A DNA stretch of 64,000 nt, taken from the NCBI RefSeq assembly GCF_009834535.1, contig NC_045697.1, forward strand, positions 23,128,001 to 23,192,000. The letters are read 5' to 3'. Below the pieces are notes generated by a model. The model had not been told where the DNA came from, made no database searches, and was given only the letters and a program-made list of their open reading frames with translations. Position numbers and translations under genes: made by a program. Position 1 is the stretch's first letter. Each line of letters begins with the position of its first letter. Below, in pieces: positions 38,747-52,178 of this stretch. The DNA comes from Camelus ferus (taxonomy: Eukaryota).

Positions 38747-40759
38747 ATAATATACTTTATTGTCCTCAGCAAAGTGATCTGAAATTATTTTAAAAATCAA
38801 CTGCAGAAGAGATATAATTGTTCCTGAGTTTTCTAAATCTAATTTAATATAAATTTTGACAGTGTATTATACATTTAGAAAGAAATCAGTATTTTAAAAT
38901 TCAAGAAGAAGCTAAGTAAACATTTCAGAAAAGGGATCAATGATTAAATGTGTGAGGAGAGAGATACTTTATTAGTTAATTTAATCAATATTTTTTCTTT
39001 ACCAGATATGAATTTATCATATTTGATGCTTAATCACAGTCCACTAGAATTCAGATTTAGTTTATTACGACAGCTAAGTTAAAGGATTTACATGTAATGT
39101 ATGTACTAAAATTGATTATAATACAGATTTCTAACAATTGTCCTTTACTGCTGAGATATATGTAATTTTATTCTCTTTGATATTGATGAAAATCTATACT
39201 GAGAGCCAGTTTTCTTTTTAAAAAAATTTTAAAGCTGTAGCTTATTATTCATGGACTCTGGACTTGAAACAGATTCAAACAGATCAGTGTTCAGATCAAT
39301 TATAGAATATTTATTTTTAGGTGATAACATTTTATTAAAAATTTTCCTGAAAGAAATTAGGAAGGAATTATACTTGAAGAATAAAAACAATCCATATGAA
39401 TCAGTAAGAAAGAAATTAAAATAAATCTATAAAAATGAAATTGATATGATACTTCGTGACGGAAATGATTCATTTTCGTAATATGTTTCTGGATTCATTC
39501 AGTGTTTTCACGCTTATTATTTAATTTTAATATATATTAACTTTTCCTTTTCTTTTTTTAATGATTTTTACCATCAAGTAAACAAATTGTGTATTAATCA
39601 CTGATATAATTTATATGCTTTTTTAACTCATAAAAAATTATTTTCCAGTATTATTAATTGCATATATTCTTTTTATTATAAACATTTTAGTCTTTGACAA
39701 AACATCACTGGAAAAAGATAAAATAACAGTAGTGGCCTGTACAGGGGCCAAATTCGATCTTCTGATTTTAATAATATTTTCAGCAATTCTTACATTTACC
39801 ACTCCATGAGTTTTACTTTATAAAAATTCTTGACTACTAACAAAGAAAACATAAATTTGTCTCTGTTTGTTTGTTTACAGTTAAAGCTTTCCTACAAGTA
39901 AGCTGCAATCTTAATACAGTGACTTTTTAGGATGGGAATCCAAGAATTAGGAAATCATGTTGTCCTTTTGAAGCAATTATTCATGTCTGGAAGTCTAAAT
40001 AACTTAGAAGTTTCAAGACATGATGTATGTAGGAAAATCTTTATTAAAAAATATTAATTGCCAAGTAATAGTAGTTGGATAGTAAGAAGAAACATACAGG
40101 CATCTGATATATAGTATGTAATATAAATAAAATACGGCTTTACAAGATGAGTGCTATTGGAAGTAAATTCCTATAATATTTTAATCACACAGAGTGATGG
40201 AATCCTAAATATGGTTCATTTCATGTATTTACTTATTAAGAGACCACAGTTCATGAGTATTAAAATGGGAGACAGGAAATTGAAAATTGTCTTAAGTCAA
40301 CACCTGTATGTGTGAGGAAGGTGGATGGCCACAGGAACCAGTGAAATGGTGAGTTGCAAAACAAACTTTAAAGTTTTGCCTTTTGATTTCTTATGTTTAC
40401 ATCTCTTTAGGTGCAAGAGAAGAGTAATTAACATCTTGGATGTCTGTTGGTAATGGCCTTCATTACTCTCATTCTGCCCCTACAAGTCTCCAAAATTTAA
40501 CTGAGTTCTTTCTCCCAGTATCATATTCCCCAAAAGGTTAAAAGTGCAACTCTGAAGAGAGAAATTTCCTGATTTAAAAAAAATTAAATAAATAAAATAA
40601 AGAACGTAGTAGTCAACTGTGGTACTTGGAGCTTCTGACCTAGCGGTCTTCACTGCTGCTTTTCTCTGACCTTACTGGGCTAATAAGGACTGAGATCTGG
40701 CTGTAAATCACTCCCCAGTCCAGATTACTAGACAGAGTAGATGAAAACCTTAGAAAAAT

Positions 40760-43700
40760 ATTAGCTTAAAGACAAAATAATTAAAGTAGGGCTACCTCAA
40801 AATAAAGACTAAAATTGACAACTTATACTAAATGAGTATAGAAAAGACATATCAGTATATTAAGATATACTTGATACATGCTCATAAAAAAAGGGAAGAT
40901 ATTAAAATGCAGACAAGAATAAGAACCTAGTTGTACTAATTGTTTATTTATATGCAAACTAGTTGAATCAATGAATACAGTGGATAGGATAAGTACTGAG
41001 ACAGATGTAGGTAAAGAATAACTTAAGGATACATCTATCTAGGCATAAAGAAAATATTAAAGATATGAAATATAAAAGAGGTGTAAGATATATTGAGGCA
41101 AGAAATACACACACTAACATCTGAATAATATTAGACCTATTGATTAAAAAACAAGGGCAAAAATAAAAATAAAAGATGAAAGAGAGGAAGGGTGTGTGGG
41201 GGAAGATGTTTGAAAATTAATGTAAATCTATTTCTTGAAAGAGTTAAAGGTTATTTGATCTTGTCGAAAACGTCCAATAAGACATTTGCTCCATACCAAA
41301 CATTTGGTCTTATCCAAAACATCCATGAGCATATTTGGTCCATGCCTAATGATTCTGGACAGGAGCAATTACAAGGACCTTTTGGCATGGACCAAATATC
41401 TTATGGACTCTCTGGACAAGACAAATGATCCTGCAAATATCAAGGACCTTTTGGTGTGGACCAAATGCCTTATTCCATGGACCAAATATTCCATGGACTG
41501 ATGTCTTATGGATGTTTTGAAGTGGGTCAAATGTCTCTGCGGATGTTTTAGACAGGACCAAATATAACCAAATATTAAGGATATTTTGGCATGGACCAAA
41601 TGTATCATGAACCAAATGCCTTATGGACATTTTAGACAAAACCAATGTTCCACAAGACTCAAAAGTTAAAAATCAATTTGCAAGATCTCATTTTAGAAAG
41701 CTGCATAGAAGCCAAACAGAAAAGGAAATATCCATTATTATACTGAAATTTATGAACACCAAACTAAAGAATACGAAGACAAATAGAAAATTATAAGAGA
41801 TTCTACAGAAGGAAAAAAAATAGTTCATTTACAAAGAAACAAGAATCAGGCTGACATTACATTTTGAACAGCAACACTGAATGAAAAAGGACAATTAATT
41901 GATAGCTTTATTATCTAGAAAGAAAATGATCATAGATGTAAACTTTTAGATCTTGTTAAAATGTCACTGAAATATGAGGATATAGTGAAAATATTTTCAG
42001 GTGTACAAACCATAGATGATTTGTCTTCAGAAATCCACATGGGAAATATTTTTATAGGAAGTACCTAAGTAATAATATTAATTTTAAAAATTCATAAAGT
42101 ACTCAAGAGCTATAAAGAAAGAAAGTGATCATATATCTTGATAAAACTGTCTTGTAAAAAAAACTATATACAAAGGGGAAAGTGAGATATAAAATATATA
42201 AGGAAGAAATGAAATTTTAGTCACTGTGATTATTGTTGGATCTATGACCTGGTATGAAAACATGCTGATATATTTGTCTAATTATAGGAAAAATACAAAC
42301 ATTAATAAGTTTAGATGAATTAATGAATAGTAGTTAGAAATTTTAACCTCTTTTGTTAGCTGATAATTTTTTCATTAGAAAAAATTAAGAATAGACATCA
42401 AAATTTAGCAAGTCTAATATGCCTGACCTATGAATATAGATAACTTGACCCCAAAGTAATAGTCTCCAGCATATACAAGCATATGTTGAACATTTTCACA
42501 AATAGACAATTATTTAGGCCAGAAGTATACATCAGTAAATTCCTAGAGATAAATATCAGATTACATTCTCTAAATATAAGACAATAAAATTAGAAAGTAA
42601 TAACCAATATGTAGACTATAAATCCACATAATTAGAAATGTACTTTACACTGAAAAATAAACCAGGCAGCTAATTAACAAATATCAGAATTAAAGTGCTG
42701 TACTACCATCTGTCAAAATATGTGAAAACAAAGCTACCATAGAAGAGAAATCTAAAAATTTAAATTCATTACCTCAAAAGAACAACATAGGAAAAAGTAC
42801 AACAGAAACAATAACAGCAAGAAAATTTAAAAATCAAGAAAAAATGAAATCAATATAAGGGTAAAACTAAACACAACAAAAATACAAGATTATAGAAACA
42901 AACATGTTCTTTGAATAGATGAATAAAAAAGACTGGTCTTTATCAGCACTAGTCAAGAAATGCTAAGAGATGATGCAAATAAATACAATATTAGGTTAAA
43001 TATATGAAAATAAATTTACAGATGGAGGAGACTGATTACAAATGCTAGTAGGAAAAAAAAAAAACCCTAATTTTAAAACAGTTAATATAGATTAACAATA
43101 TAGACTGTCTTTGTGACACAGAAGATCAATTAGGGATGGTAAAGTATTTCTTTAAACATAAAAGGTAAATTCATTAAAATTATTAATTTGATTGCTGTAT
43201 ATTAAAATTAAATATTTCCTTTCAATTAAGTACAATGAGGAAAAAAGTTAATAGACAATTGACAGAGAAGTGAACCATACTTAAAATACCTAAAGCCGAC
43301 AAAGGATTATTAGATAAAAAGTCCATGATAATTCCTTGCAGGTGCATTTTAAATACCTTAAAGTACTCTTTGGGAATGTGCCGTAGGAAATTAAAGAGAT
43401 ACAGAGATAATTAGAAAAGTAATAAAAAAATAATAGTTAATTTTATATGACTAATTACTTGCCAGGTCTTGTTCAAGTATGTTAACTCACATTTCCCTCC
43501 ACTCATTTGGTCTGTGAAACTTTTACGCATACCTATTAATATCTTGCAGAATCTGTTGCACTGAAGTCATTACCAATAAAGTCAAGAATAAGGACATGAT
43601 GCCTGTTTTTATCACTATTATTCAAAATGATCCCTGATGCTAGTAAAAGCAGGAAGCAGGAAACAGAAATAATAACTTGTGGAAAAGCTTGCCTACCTAG

Positions 43701-44270
43701 AGCAGCTATGAAACTCCAATTAGAGCTGGAATGTAACAAGTGAGTTGAGGAAGTTGGGCAGATATGTACATTTTTAATAGCTTACTCCTTGGCAATAGTG
43801 AGTTAGAAGGTACAATGGAAGCAATACATTAATCAACAATATGAAAATTACAATGAAATTATAAAATATAAGCCAATGATCTGGGAGAAAATTATGAAGA
43901 ATCTATATAAACATAAAAAACAATATATATTTGTTAAGGCATATTCAAATTTTTTAAATAAGTTAAAGGTGAATTATATGCCATTGTGAAATTATCATTA
44001 TTTTTCAAAGCTGTTTTATACATTTAGTGTAAAATAATTCAAATAATTTTTGAAAATTGAAATCATATCTTAAAAACTTTGAGGAAGAATTTGATAACCA
44101 TCATTACACGAAAGTAGCAGAAAAATGATTTATAATAATGAATATAATACAAGTTACCATACAAAAGTGCAATGGAATATTGGCCTAGGCTTGGAAAGAG
44201 TAATGGAATATAAATATAAAATGAATTCATAAATGTCAATAAAGTTCCATCATATCAAATTTGGAAAGGA
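40760..44270 (+). mobile_element. Very old, fragmented L1 (ORF1, EN and RT remnants), interrupted by the 41249-41660 element
   Basis: ORF1-like acaaagaaacaagaatcaggctgacattacattttgaacagcaacactga; EN-like aacattttcacaaatagacaatt; RT-like aagtcaagaataaggacatgatgcctgtttttatcactattattcaa. Confidence 0.6.
41249..41660. mobile_element. Foldback-like non-autonomous DNA transposon (MITE) with internally repeated TIRs, family unassigned
   Basis: Left end atttgatcttgtcgaaaacgtccaataagacatttg matches the reverse complement of the right end, cattggttttgtctaaaatgtccataaggcatttg. ~47-bp subrepeats occur in both orientations. Flanks aagagttaaa and aaaagttaaa (9/10 identical). Confidence 0.7.
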
Positions 44271-44289
44271 CTAATAATTGTTTTGCTTG

Positions 44290-44662
44290 ATCAGCTCTGC
44301 TCTCACTGAGTGGGATGCGGACCAAGCCCACTCATCTCCTTTGGCACGTAGAGTAAAAGTGAAGTAAGAGGACTTCACTACTTCTGGGATGACCTTTATG
44401 CAAAGGAGGTGGGAGGCAGGTGTCAGTGAATAAATAGGTCGTTCCTCATTTCAGACTGAAAATTCTGAGGTGTATTCTAAATAGTAGGGGTTGATGCCCA
44501 GTTTCCCACTTAACCAGCTTAATCGTGCCTTCTCAGTTTAGTTTTTGCCTTTTACCCCATAAGCCTTCTCAATTTCTTCTTCTTCCCTGTTTTCATACCC
44601 TAAAATAATTATCCAGGTGGTGTATACAAGTGCTGATTTTGGTGGGGGTGAGCTTAGCTACT
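44290..44662 (+). mobile_element. ERVL LTR remnant (LTR16-like)
   Basis: ctgaaaattctgaggtgtattcta...gttgatgcccagtttcccac resembles the LTR16 core. Confidence 0.5.
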
Positions 44663-44934
44663 GAACGAGATGAAAAGAAAGCTTCAGAAAAACAGCAACA
44701 ACAACAACACAGAGTTGCTTGGGATACCTCTGGACCCTTAAGCTTTTCTCCCTTTCACTTCTGTAGACCATAGAAATGATGCTTTTAGGGACAAGTAGCT
44801 ATCTTTAAAATAGAAGTTGTTATATAAAGGCAAGACCTAATTCTAACGCTAGGAGAACACCAAGAAGAGTCTAGTTTTATCATGCCATTGCTAAACTCTA
44901 CTTATTTAAGCCTTCCTACTAGGTTTTGCCATTA

Positions 44935-45230
44935 CAACTGATCCTTGAACAAAGGGTGCGCATGCGTGTGTGTATGTGTAGGGGGGAACTGGGCGGGGGT
45001 GGGGCGAGGTGAAGGAGTAGGAAGTGGGGTAGGTTAGGGGCCTGACTCTCAGCGCAGTGGAATATCCTTGTATGATTTATAGTCTGCCCTCCATATGGGA
45101 AGTTCCCCATCTGTGGATTCAACTAAGCTGTAATGTGTGGTAGTATTTACTACTCAAAACACAACAAAACAAAACAAAATGTGTTAGTGGATCTGCCCAG
45201 TTCAAACCTATGTTATTCAAGGGTAAATTG
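44935..45230. mobile_element. Tigger2/MER8-like MITE
   Basis: Left TIR caactgatccttgaacaa; right TIR reverse complement caatttacccttgaataa. TA duplications at 44933-44934 and 45231-45232. Internal agtggatctgcccagttcaaacctatgtt. Confidence 0.85.
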
Positions 45231-45904
45231 TATTTATAGCCAGAAATGTTCTTGACTAAGGATATTCAGTATAATCTCAGTAGATCTTAATTTGGAAATA
45301 AAACAGGACCTATATAACAGAGGAATGATCAAGAGCCTTTTAATAGCCTAGTTAGCTCTGCTGGGTTGGATTATAGCACATTTTTATTCTTTTCATTATA
45401 ATTTTCTGACTTTAAAAACTGTCTATATTTGTAATTTAAAATAAAAAGGTGTAAAATTTAACAAAAATATGAACAGATATTAAGCACTTAAAGAAATAAG
45501 TGAAGGAACCAATCTATAATACTAAAGAAAGAAGGTAGTTTGATAAAAGTCAAGAATGAATTAATTTCAGATTCTAGTTTTGTCATCTTATACCTAGGAT
45601 AATTGATAATTTGGGCTGGGATAAACTAAGTGTCAAACAAAATTTGATGTAGCTGGTTTATGTAAAAAAAGAAACAAATTAAGGAATTAAGGCTATAACA
45701 AAGAGCCTAAACCAGGAAACGTAACTATAGATGTAACTTTACCAGCAAACTCCCATTACCTCCCATCTCCTTAACAATCTTATTTTATTATTATAATTCC
45801 AGGGCTGGGACCTTGTGAAATGCTACCCACTCATCAGAAATGTGACAGTAGATTTAAGAGAAGTTTCCTGGCTTAGGTAAGCAGCTTGATAAAGTCAGCT
45901 ACTA

Positions 45905-45963
45905 TTTTGTTTTGTTTTGTTTTGTTTTGTTTTGTTTTGTTTTGTTTTGTTTTGTTTTGTTTT
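45905..45963. repeat. (TTTTG)n microsatellite, ~11 units
   Basis: Direct reading. Confidence 0.97.
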
Positions 45964-46784
45964 ATTATTTTATGACCTCTTTTAAAAATTATATGTGAAT
46001 TTTTTTCCCAGATAAATTACCTTATACTTCTTATACATCCCCAGATTGATGAAAATTACACTTTTCTGCTTACATTCAGAGTCAAGAACTCTTCATATCA
46101 CTTATACTCATAAATTAGGCATTTTATTCTCTGAAAGAATTTGGTGTCATTGGTATCTGTCTATCTGTTACCAACTACAAAACTAAAAGTTTTGTCTTTC
46201 TATTATTTTAAGAAAACAGTTCCATAAGTAATCATCCACTCCAATATTCAGATATTTTCTGCTACTTTTCTAAAATTTCAGGCTTGAGAAAATAAAGTCT
46301 GAATCTCAAAAGGCAGTATCTACTAGTATAATTAATCTCTGCTTAATTATCATATGATGAAGATTGTTAATTTTTCACTGAGAATAAGAGGAATCTTCTT
46401 TGTCCTCAGTTCTACTTAGTCCATACCATATTTTATGTACTGTCACTTTAAAGACTTACTTCCAGAAAATAATGTCTATATTTGTCAATTTTTTCTCAGT
46501 TAGCAGTGACAAATAATACAATGCAATTTAGATAACAAAACAGGAATTTGTGTATTTATGCTGTTAGAATGACTTTGGGGACAAATGGGGCTAGTGTCTT
46601 AAATGGCCATTTCAGAACCCTCTATCAGTCTCTGCCTCCCTCTGTATACTGGGTTTTTTCTTGCAGCTCTTTCCTCCTTGCAATCAAGCAATACAATCAT
46701 CAGCAGTTTAAGGCAAATTTTGTTTAATGTTTTGCTGTCAAAGAGGAAGCTAGCATGTCTTTCCACTGAATTTACTTAAGATGT

Positions 46785-46861
46785 TTCAGGGAAGAATCTC
46801 ATTGGTTTATTTTGTGGATAAAGAATTCAGGGAAGAATCTCATTGGTTTATCTTGTGGATA
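46785..46861 (+). repeat. Direct duplication of 36 bp with a 5-bp spacer
   Basis: ttcagggaagaatctcattggtttattttgtggata / aagaa / ttcagggaagaatctcattggtttatcttgtggata (1 mismatch). Confidence 0.95.
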
Positions 46862-49800
46862 GAGATAATGGGCCCAGCATATGTTCTAAGCCTGCCCTTT
46901 GCTGAGAGGTGGCTCTCACTGCATCTATATTGACTATAGGGCAACTTCTTAAACCAATAAAGCAAAACAAACAAGAGCAAGAACAAGAGAAATGGAGCAA
47001 AAATTATCTGGATGGGCAAAAATCATAGGTTAATATGTCATCTAAGTTTATCATTATTTGACAAAAGAAATTAATTAAAAAGAAATTTACCAAATAAACT
47101 AAATGATAACTTCCCTCTCCCACAAAAAAATTTAAAATGAAGTACTCTCGAAGGCAGAATGTCAAAGTGGAAAGAACTATGTCATGGAAGTTGTGTATAC
47201 CTAAGTTGAAATCTTGACTCAGGCATGTTTGATGGATTTGAACAAATTCTAACTCTCAAGAGCTTATTTTGCAACTTCTTACCAGAAAAAAAAAAAAAAT
47301 CCCTTCAGAGTATTGGGTATTTTGCTGAGAAGTTTTTGTAATCTCAATAGATAGTGGAAAATAGTTAATTAACAAGTCGTTGAAATATAATATCCTCTAC
47401 AGCTTTCCAGCAAGTATTTAAATGATTGTAATATATATAATACTCTAGTTTAACTAAAGTATTGTTATGCATTATGGCAGAGTTATACTACAAAGTACTA
47501 ATCAGTGAATTTTCTCTCTTGTTTCTTTGTTTACCATTCTGCTTTCTTTCTAGTACCATAAAGCAGCATAGATGTACCTAAAGTTGAAAAAAGATCCACT
47601 AACTTAAGTGTGGGATCAAAACTATAAATTCATTTTTTTAAAGCAAGTTTTTGTTCTACTGAAGATGAAAAAAGACATGAACTGAGGAAAGACAAATGAA
47701 TCCCATCTTCAGAGGAGGGGAAGGTCTCCAGGAGGACCAGAGAGCAGGCTGAAGGAGCACTGAAATACTCAGTGCTAAGCTATCTTGGATTCTGCATCCT
47801 CTCTCCAGCCAACATCACATTATCTTTAACTCTTGTAAAACTGATTAGACAATTTAATGGGTGGAAGGGGGCATGTAGAAAAGCCTATTAATCTGATGGG
47901 CACAAAACAAAACTTGTTGATGCTTTCCTTTTAACATTTAGCCTATTAAGACACTGTGAGTCTATACACTTGAGATTTTTGTTTTTGTTCTAAACTACAC
48001 ATCCTCACGTTGTCACAGTGTTAAAACTATGGTAGTAAGCAAACTCTTAATTAATGTTTCTTCAATTGCCACAAATACAACTTGCACTTGAACTTTATCT
48101 AATTTTCTGTTCTAAAATTGACACAACAAAACGATCGTCTTCTATGATTTTTACTATATTCTCTACTCTATAATATAGCTCTGTCTCTTCTGTATAAAGT
48201 CAATAAAATAGTGCTTCAGATATTAATGATGTAATATTATAGTTTAATATGTAAAGCACTATAAAATAAATCCTATTGCCACATTTAATTTGTTTAGCAA
48301 AACAAATCTTTCTTCAGTTATTAAGTATTTTATTGACTTTATACTTTTACATTAGTAAATGCTTATTAGGAACAGTGTTAGGAATGTCTGTGGGACTATT
48401 GGAGGGGAAAATGGTGGATTTTACCTTTAAGAAGTTTATAGTCTAGATTGAGATACAAATATTAAAATGAAGTATTGAGACCAGTACAAACGTATTGAAG
48501 TTAATATGGATTACATAAGTTTAGGGCGTTGGAAGAATTCAGTTATTCCAGTTGAATTTCCAAGATTGTGTAAGTTTTCTATTTGTTTATTTGTTTTAAC
48601 AAGTAGCAAGGAGGCCTGAGTTCATAAGGAAAGTACATGGGGAATTTTTTTTAAGCCTGGTAAGCTTATGGAGAGTGTATCAATGAAAAAAGTCCACTGA
48701 TGGAACAAGTAAACTCTAAATTTCAGAGTATTGCAGCAACCAGTGTTTTGTTTATTTGTTTGCTTTGTTTTTTCCTTAATTATGCTAACTATCTATCCAT
48801 TCATGCCATTTTCCCAGCAGGACCAGCCTGAGGGATCACCCATCTCTGTCTAGAATACTGACAGTCTCTTGACAGATAGAAAAGAGATATGACAAACTAT
48901 AAGTCAATCCTAAATCTGTCCAAATGACACATTGGCCAAATAAAGTCATATACACATTCCTGAGATGAATGGCATACAGTAGAATAATCCTCCTAGAATG
49001 AGACTTAATATTTTAAAATACAAACTACCACAAATAGCTCAAACCTTTAGCTCATAACATTAATTTGAGTTCCCAGGTAAAAGTTTTCTTAAATTGCTTA
49101 CACTTGAAACACTTGTCTTGCAAACATGTCTTACTAGCCTAGAGAAGAAAGGTTGAAGGTATACGTGGACACGTTTATTACCAGATTCTAACACAATGTC
49201 TCAAACCCAGGCTTAATACATGGCAACTGAACAAAGTAATGATCACAACCAGAACATTTAATCAGCCCATGGCATAATCCTTCTACATGATATAGAACAT
49301 TGTCCAGTAACAATTTCCTTAAATGTCAGTTTCTGTATAAGGCAAAATCCTCTGTAAAGAAATCCAGTTCCTTATCATCATTCTCACATCAATTTAATGA
49401 GACATTCTTAGATTATATAATCAAAGATGTAATTATTTTATTTGTATTGCTGCTTCCTTGTACATTGCTTGGATTTTCTTTAGACTCAAAGTTCCATCAA
49501 GGTAAAGACTGTGAGAGGGTTTGATATGCGGGACGATGCTTAGTAAGTGTTAGCAGAATGGAGGTATTTTAGAAGCCTTAAACAGGCTTTGAAATCATGT
49601 AGGTGACATTAGTTAGTAATCATTATATGAGACATTTCCTATGTTTCAGTTGTGTAGGTAACTACATTACTGAGATGAAGAAAATGTGCAAATGGTTCTG
49701 GGTCCAGTAGGATAATGCTGGGTTGTAGATTCTCTTCTTACATGATGCCGTTCTTGCAAGAATTTGTTATTTGGCAGAAACAGAAATCACTGTCTTATAG

Positions 49801-51758
49801 GCTGTTTCTTAAAGAGATTCTCAAAAGTTGCTGACTTCCTCTACTACTCCTTCCTTTGGATGAGTCCAACTTTCCATGGTGATAAGAGGAGAGTGCGCAA
49901 TCAAAGCAGCAACCAGCAACTCTTAAAAGACACAGGAAAATAAACCTTGTCCTAGATCATGGATCCTTCCAAGTGGCAACATTACGGAATAGAATAAAGG
50001 ATGCACTGTGGATTTGTAACATTTCCTCAGTGGGGAAAGTCCCAGGTACCGTAGCTTGTGTTTTCACTTTCTTTTTAAAACATGCAAGTCACATTCTTCC
50101 CTGTTGTGACATCATGCTTTGTCTTCAGCTCTGCCTACTCTCTGGTAGAGCTAACTAAACAAAGTAAACAGTTTTTTTTTAAATTTTCATTTACAGGTAG
50201 TTTTCCTCATTACATTATTATAACCACGTGTGAATTTGAAGTGGCCAGTGTAACAGTGAGTGACATATCCCTGTTGAATCTTATAAAGAGCTTTATTTCT
50301 TTCCCAATTCTGCCTTAGGAACTCTCACTCTAGAGGTTAAAATGTTGTAAACCTTTCCTCTGGCCTGCCTGTTTTCTCTCTGCTTTCAGGATCTCTCTCA
50401 CGCTCTCTGGCTCTCCCTCTGCCCCTCTACTCCCTACAGTCTCTGGCTAATAAGTAATTTCTCCTGAATACACCACCTGAGTTCCTTTTATTCTACTCTG
50501 CCATCTGGCTGCCCTTCCCTCCTTCTGTACCAGAACTATCTTCTGTATTCATATTTTAACAATACTTCATGTTCAGTCTTTGCTATTATTTTAGTATGTC
50601 TTACCCAGCTTTTTGTTGTTGTTTACCTCCTTTTAAAAAAGAGCCCATTAGTGATATTTTCCTTGTCTGTGCTAAAAGAAGAAGAATAATAACCATTATT
50701 TTGAAAACGTTTGATCGCCTTTAAGTCAGTGTATGAATCTTACAGTTACAGACCCAAAATGCCTCATCTATTCTACCCCTTAACATGGCCATTTAGGAAA
50801 ATCCATTATCTAGGAAAGGATCATTCCCCTGCTGCTTTGTATGAGATTTTTGCTGCAGCTTAGATGATCCTTTCTGTCCTTATATTGAAAATTAGTTGTA
50901 TAATATCAATGGCCCTAATTTCTTCTTCCAATGAACGACCGTTTCTTTCCCAGGTCCAAAAGCATTATCTTTCGGTCATATTAAACATCTTTGTCCCACT
51001 TCTTTGCCATGTTGTTTTAAGTGCTGTCATGTTTCACTATCATCTCCAAGTTTACTAATAATTGGTAGGCCATCTTTTCTAAATCATTTTCATCATTAAA
51101 CTACCACCAGACTCCCTGTGATCTGAAAGGTAAATTGTCACACTTCTACTGCATTTGAAGTCACCAGATAGTATCAAAGTAAAATTATGACTAGGTGAAA
51201 AGTCTGTCCTATCAACAAGAGCAAAAACACTTTGAAACGTTTGCTTGTCTAAATGACATTTCCCATGATTTTGTAATCTTGTGTAAGCTTCCCTTTACCA
51301 CATCTCCAATTTAAATTCTATTAGGAGGCGCTCTAATTTTCTCTCAAGTGGGAAGTCCGATGTGGAACAAATCCATCCCAAAGGAATTGATTCTATATTC
51401 CATTGAAGACCAGGTAGCTTCCATGTGTCATTTCACCTCGTTCATAATGTTTCTCTTTTAGAGTAAATGGGGGTATCCTCTTTAGGAAACTACTCCATCT
51501 CAATTAGAGACATTGCCTCCAGGGGATAACCCCAGAGGAACTAGAATTACAATCATATATCTTGGATAATTGGGCTCAGATTTTGATGGCCTCTTGTCTC
51601 ATTTTTACAAAACTTGCCTGAGATTTTACTGGATCCCGGAACTGTCTAACAATATTCAGTTCCTCACAGTCCCTAATCGGCCAGTATTCAACTCATCTTA
51701 CCCATGTGACTTCCTGCAGTATTTTCAAACTCTGCCCCAAATGGGAAATCTCTAAGTG

Positions 51759-52178
51759 TGTTCTGGGGAGACAATTTTCCACTGGTCTCATGTTTCTGCA
51801 CTTACTTGTTCTAGCCTATCTGTTGAAGGATGTTTGTATATTGAACAGACTTGGAAGACAGAGATGGTATTTTCCTTCAGGTCACAGTGCAAGCACATTT
51901 CCTTCTTTTTTGTAACACAACCCATTGTGTTTGCAGATATTCCCTGCCTCAATTTTGTATCTTCATGTGGAAACTGGGGCTCAGAGAGCTGACACACACA
52001 CCCTCACACAAATACTGCTGACACTTTGGCTACTGCTATAGCTGTGAATAATAAGCTGTCTTTTATTTCTGAACCAGGACTCTAGTGTCTTCTATCAATA
52101 CTCATGAAACCATGGCTGACTCACTTGATAGCTTGCAAGTAAGGGAAAAAACTCTCTGGCCCTTTACAGTTTTTGATA
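51759..52178 (+). mobile_element. ERVL solo LTR (LTR47-like)
   Basis: gggagacaattttccactggtctc...aaggatgtttgtatattgaacagacttggaagacagagat...ggctactgctatagctgtgaataataa...agcttgcaagtaagg...ccctttacagtttttgata. Confidence 0.8.

Noticed and set aside
41192..41645. Four overlapping short ORFs with repeated peptides; superficial CRISPR-like repeat pattern
   Set aside because: The ORFs are by-products of the subrepeats. The repeats are degenerate, occur in both orientations and lack unique spacers; the context is mammalian with no cas genes.
41244..41669. TTAA on both sides suggesting piggyBac
   Set aside because: The termini lack the CCC...GGG ends of piggyBac, and TTAA is part of a longer 9-10-bp flanking direct repeat.
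50700..51755. Possible ERV internal sequence next to the LTR47-like LTR
   Set aside because: I could not identify gag, pol or env motifs in the parts I translated; this needs BLASTX or Dfam.
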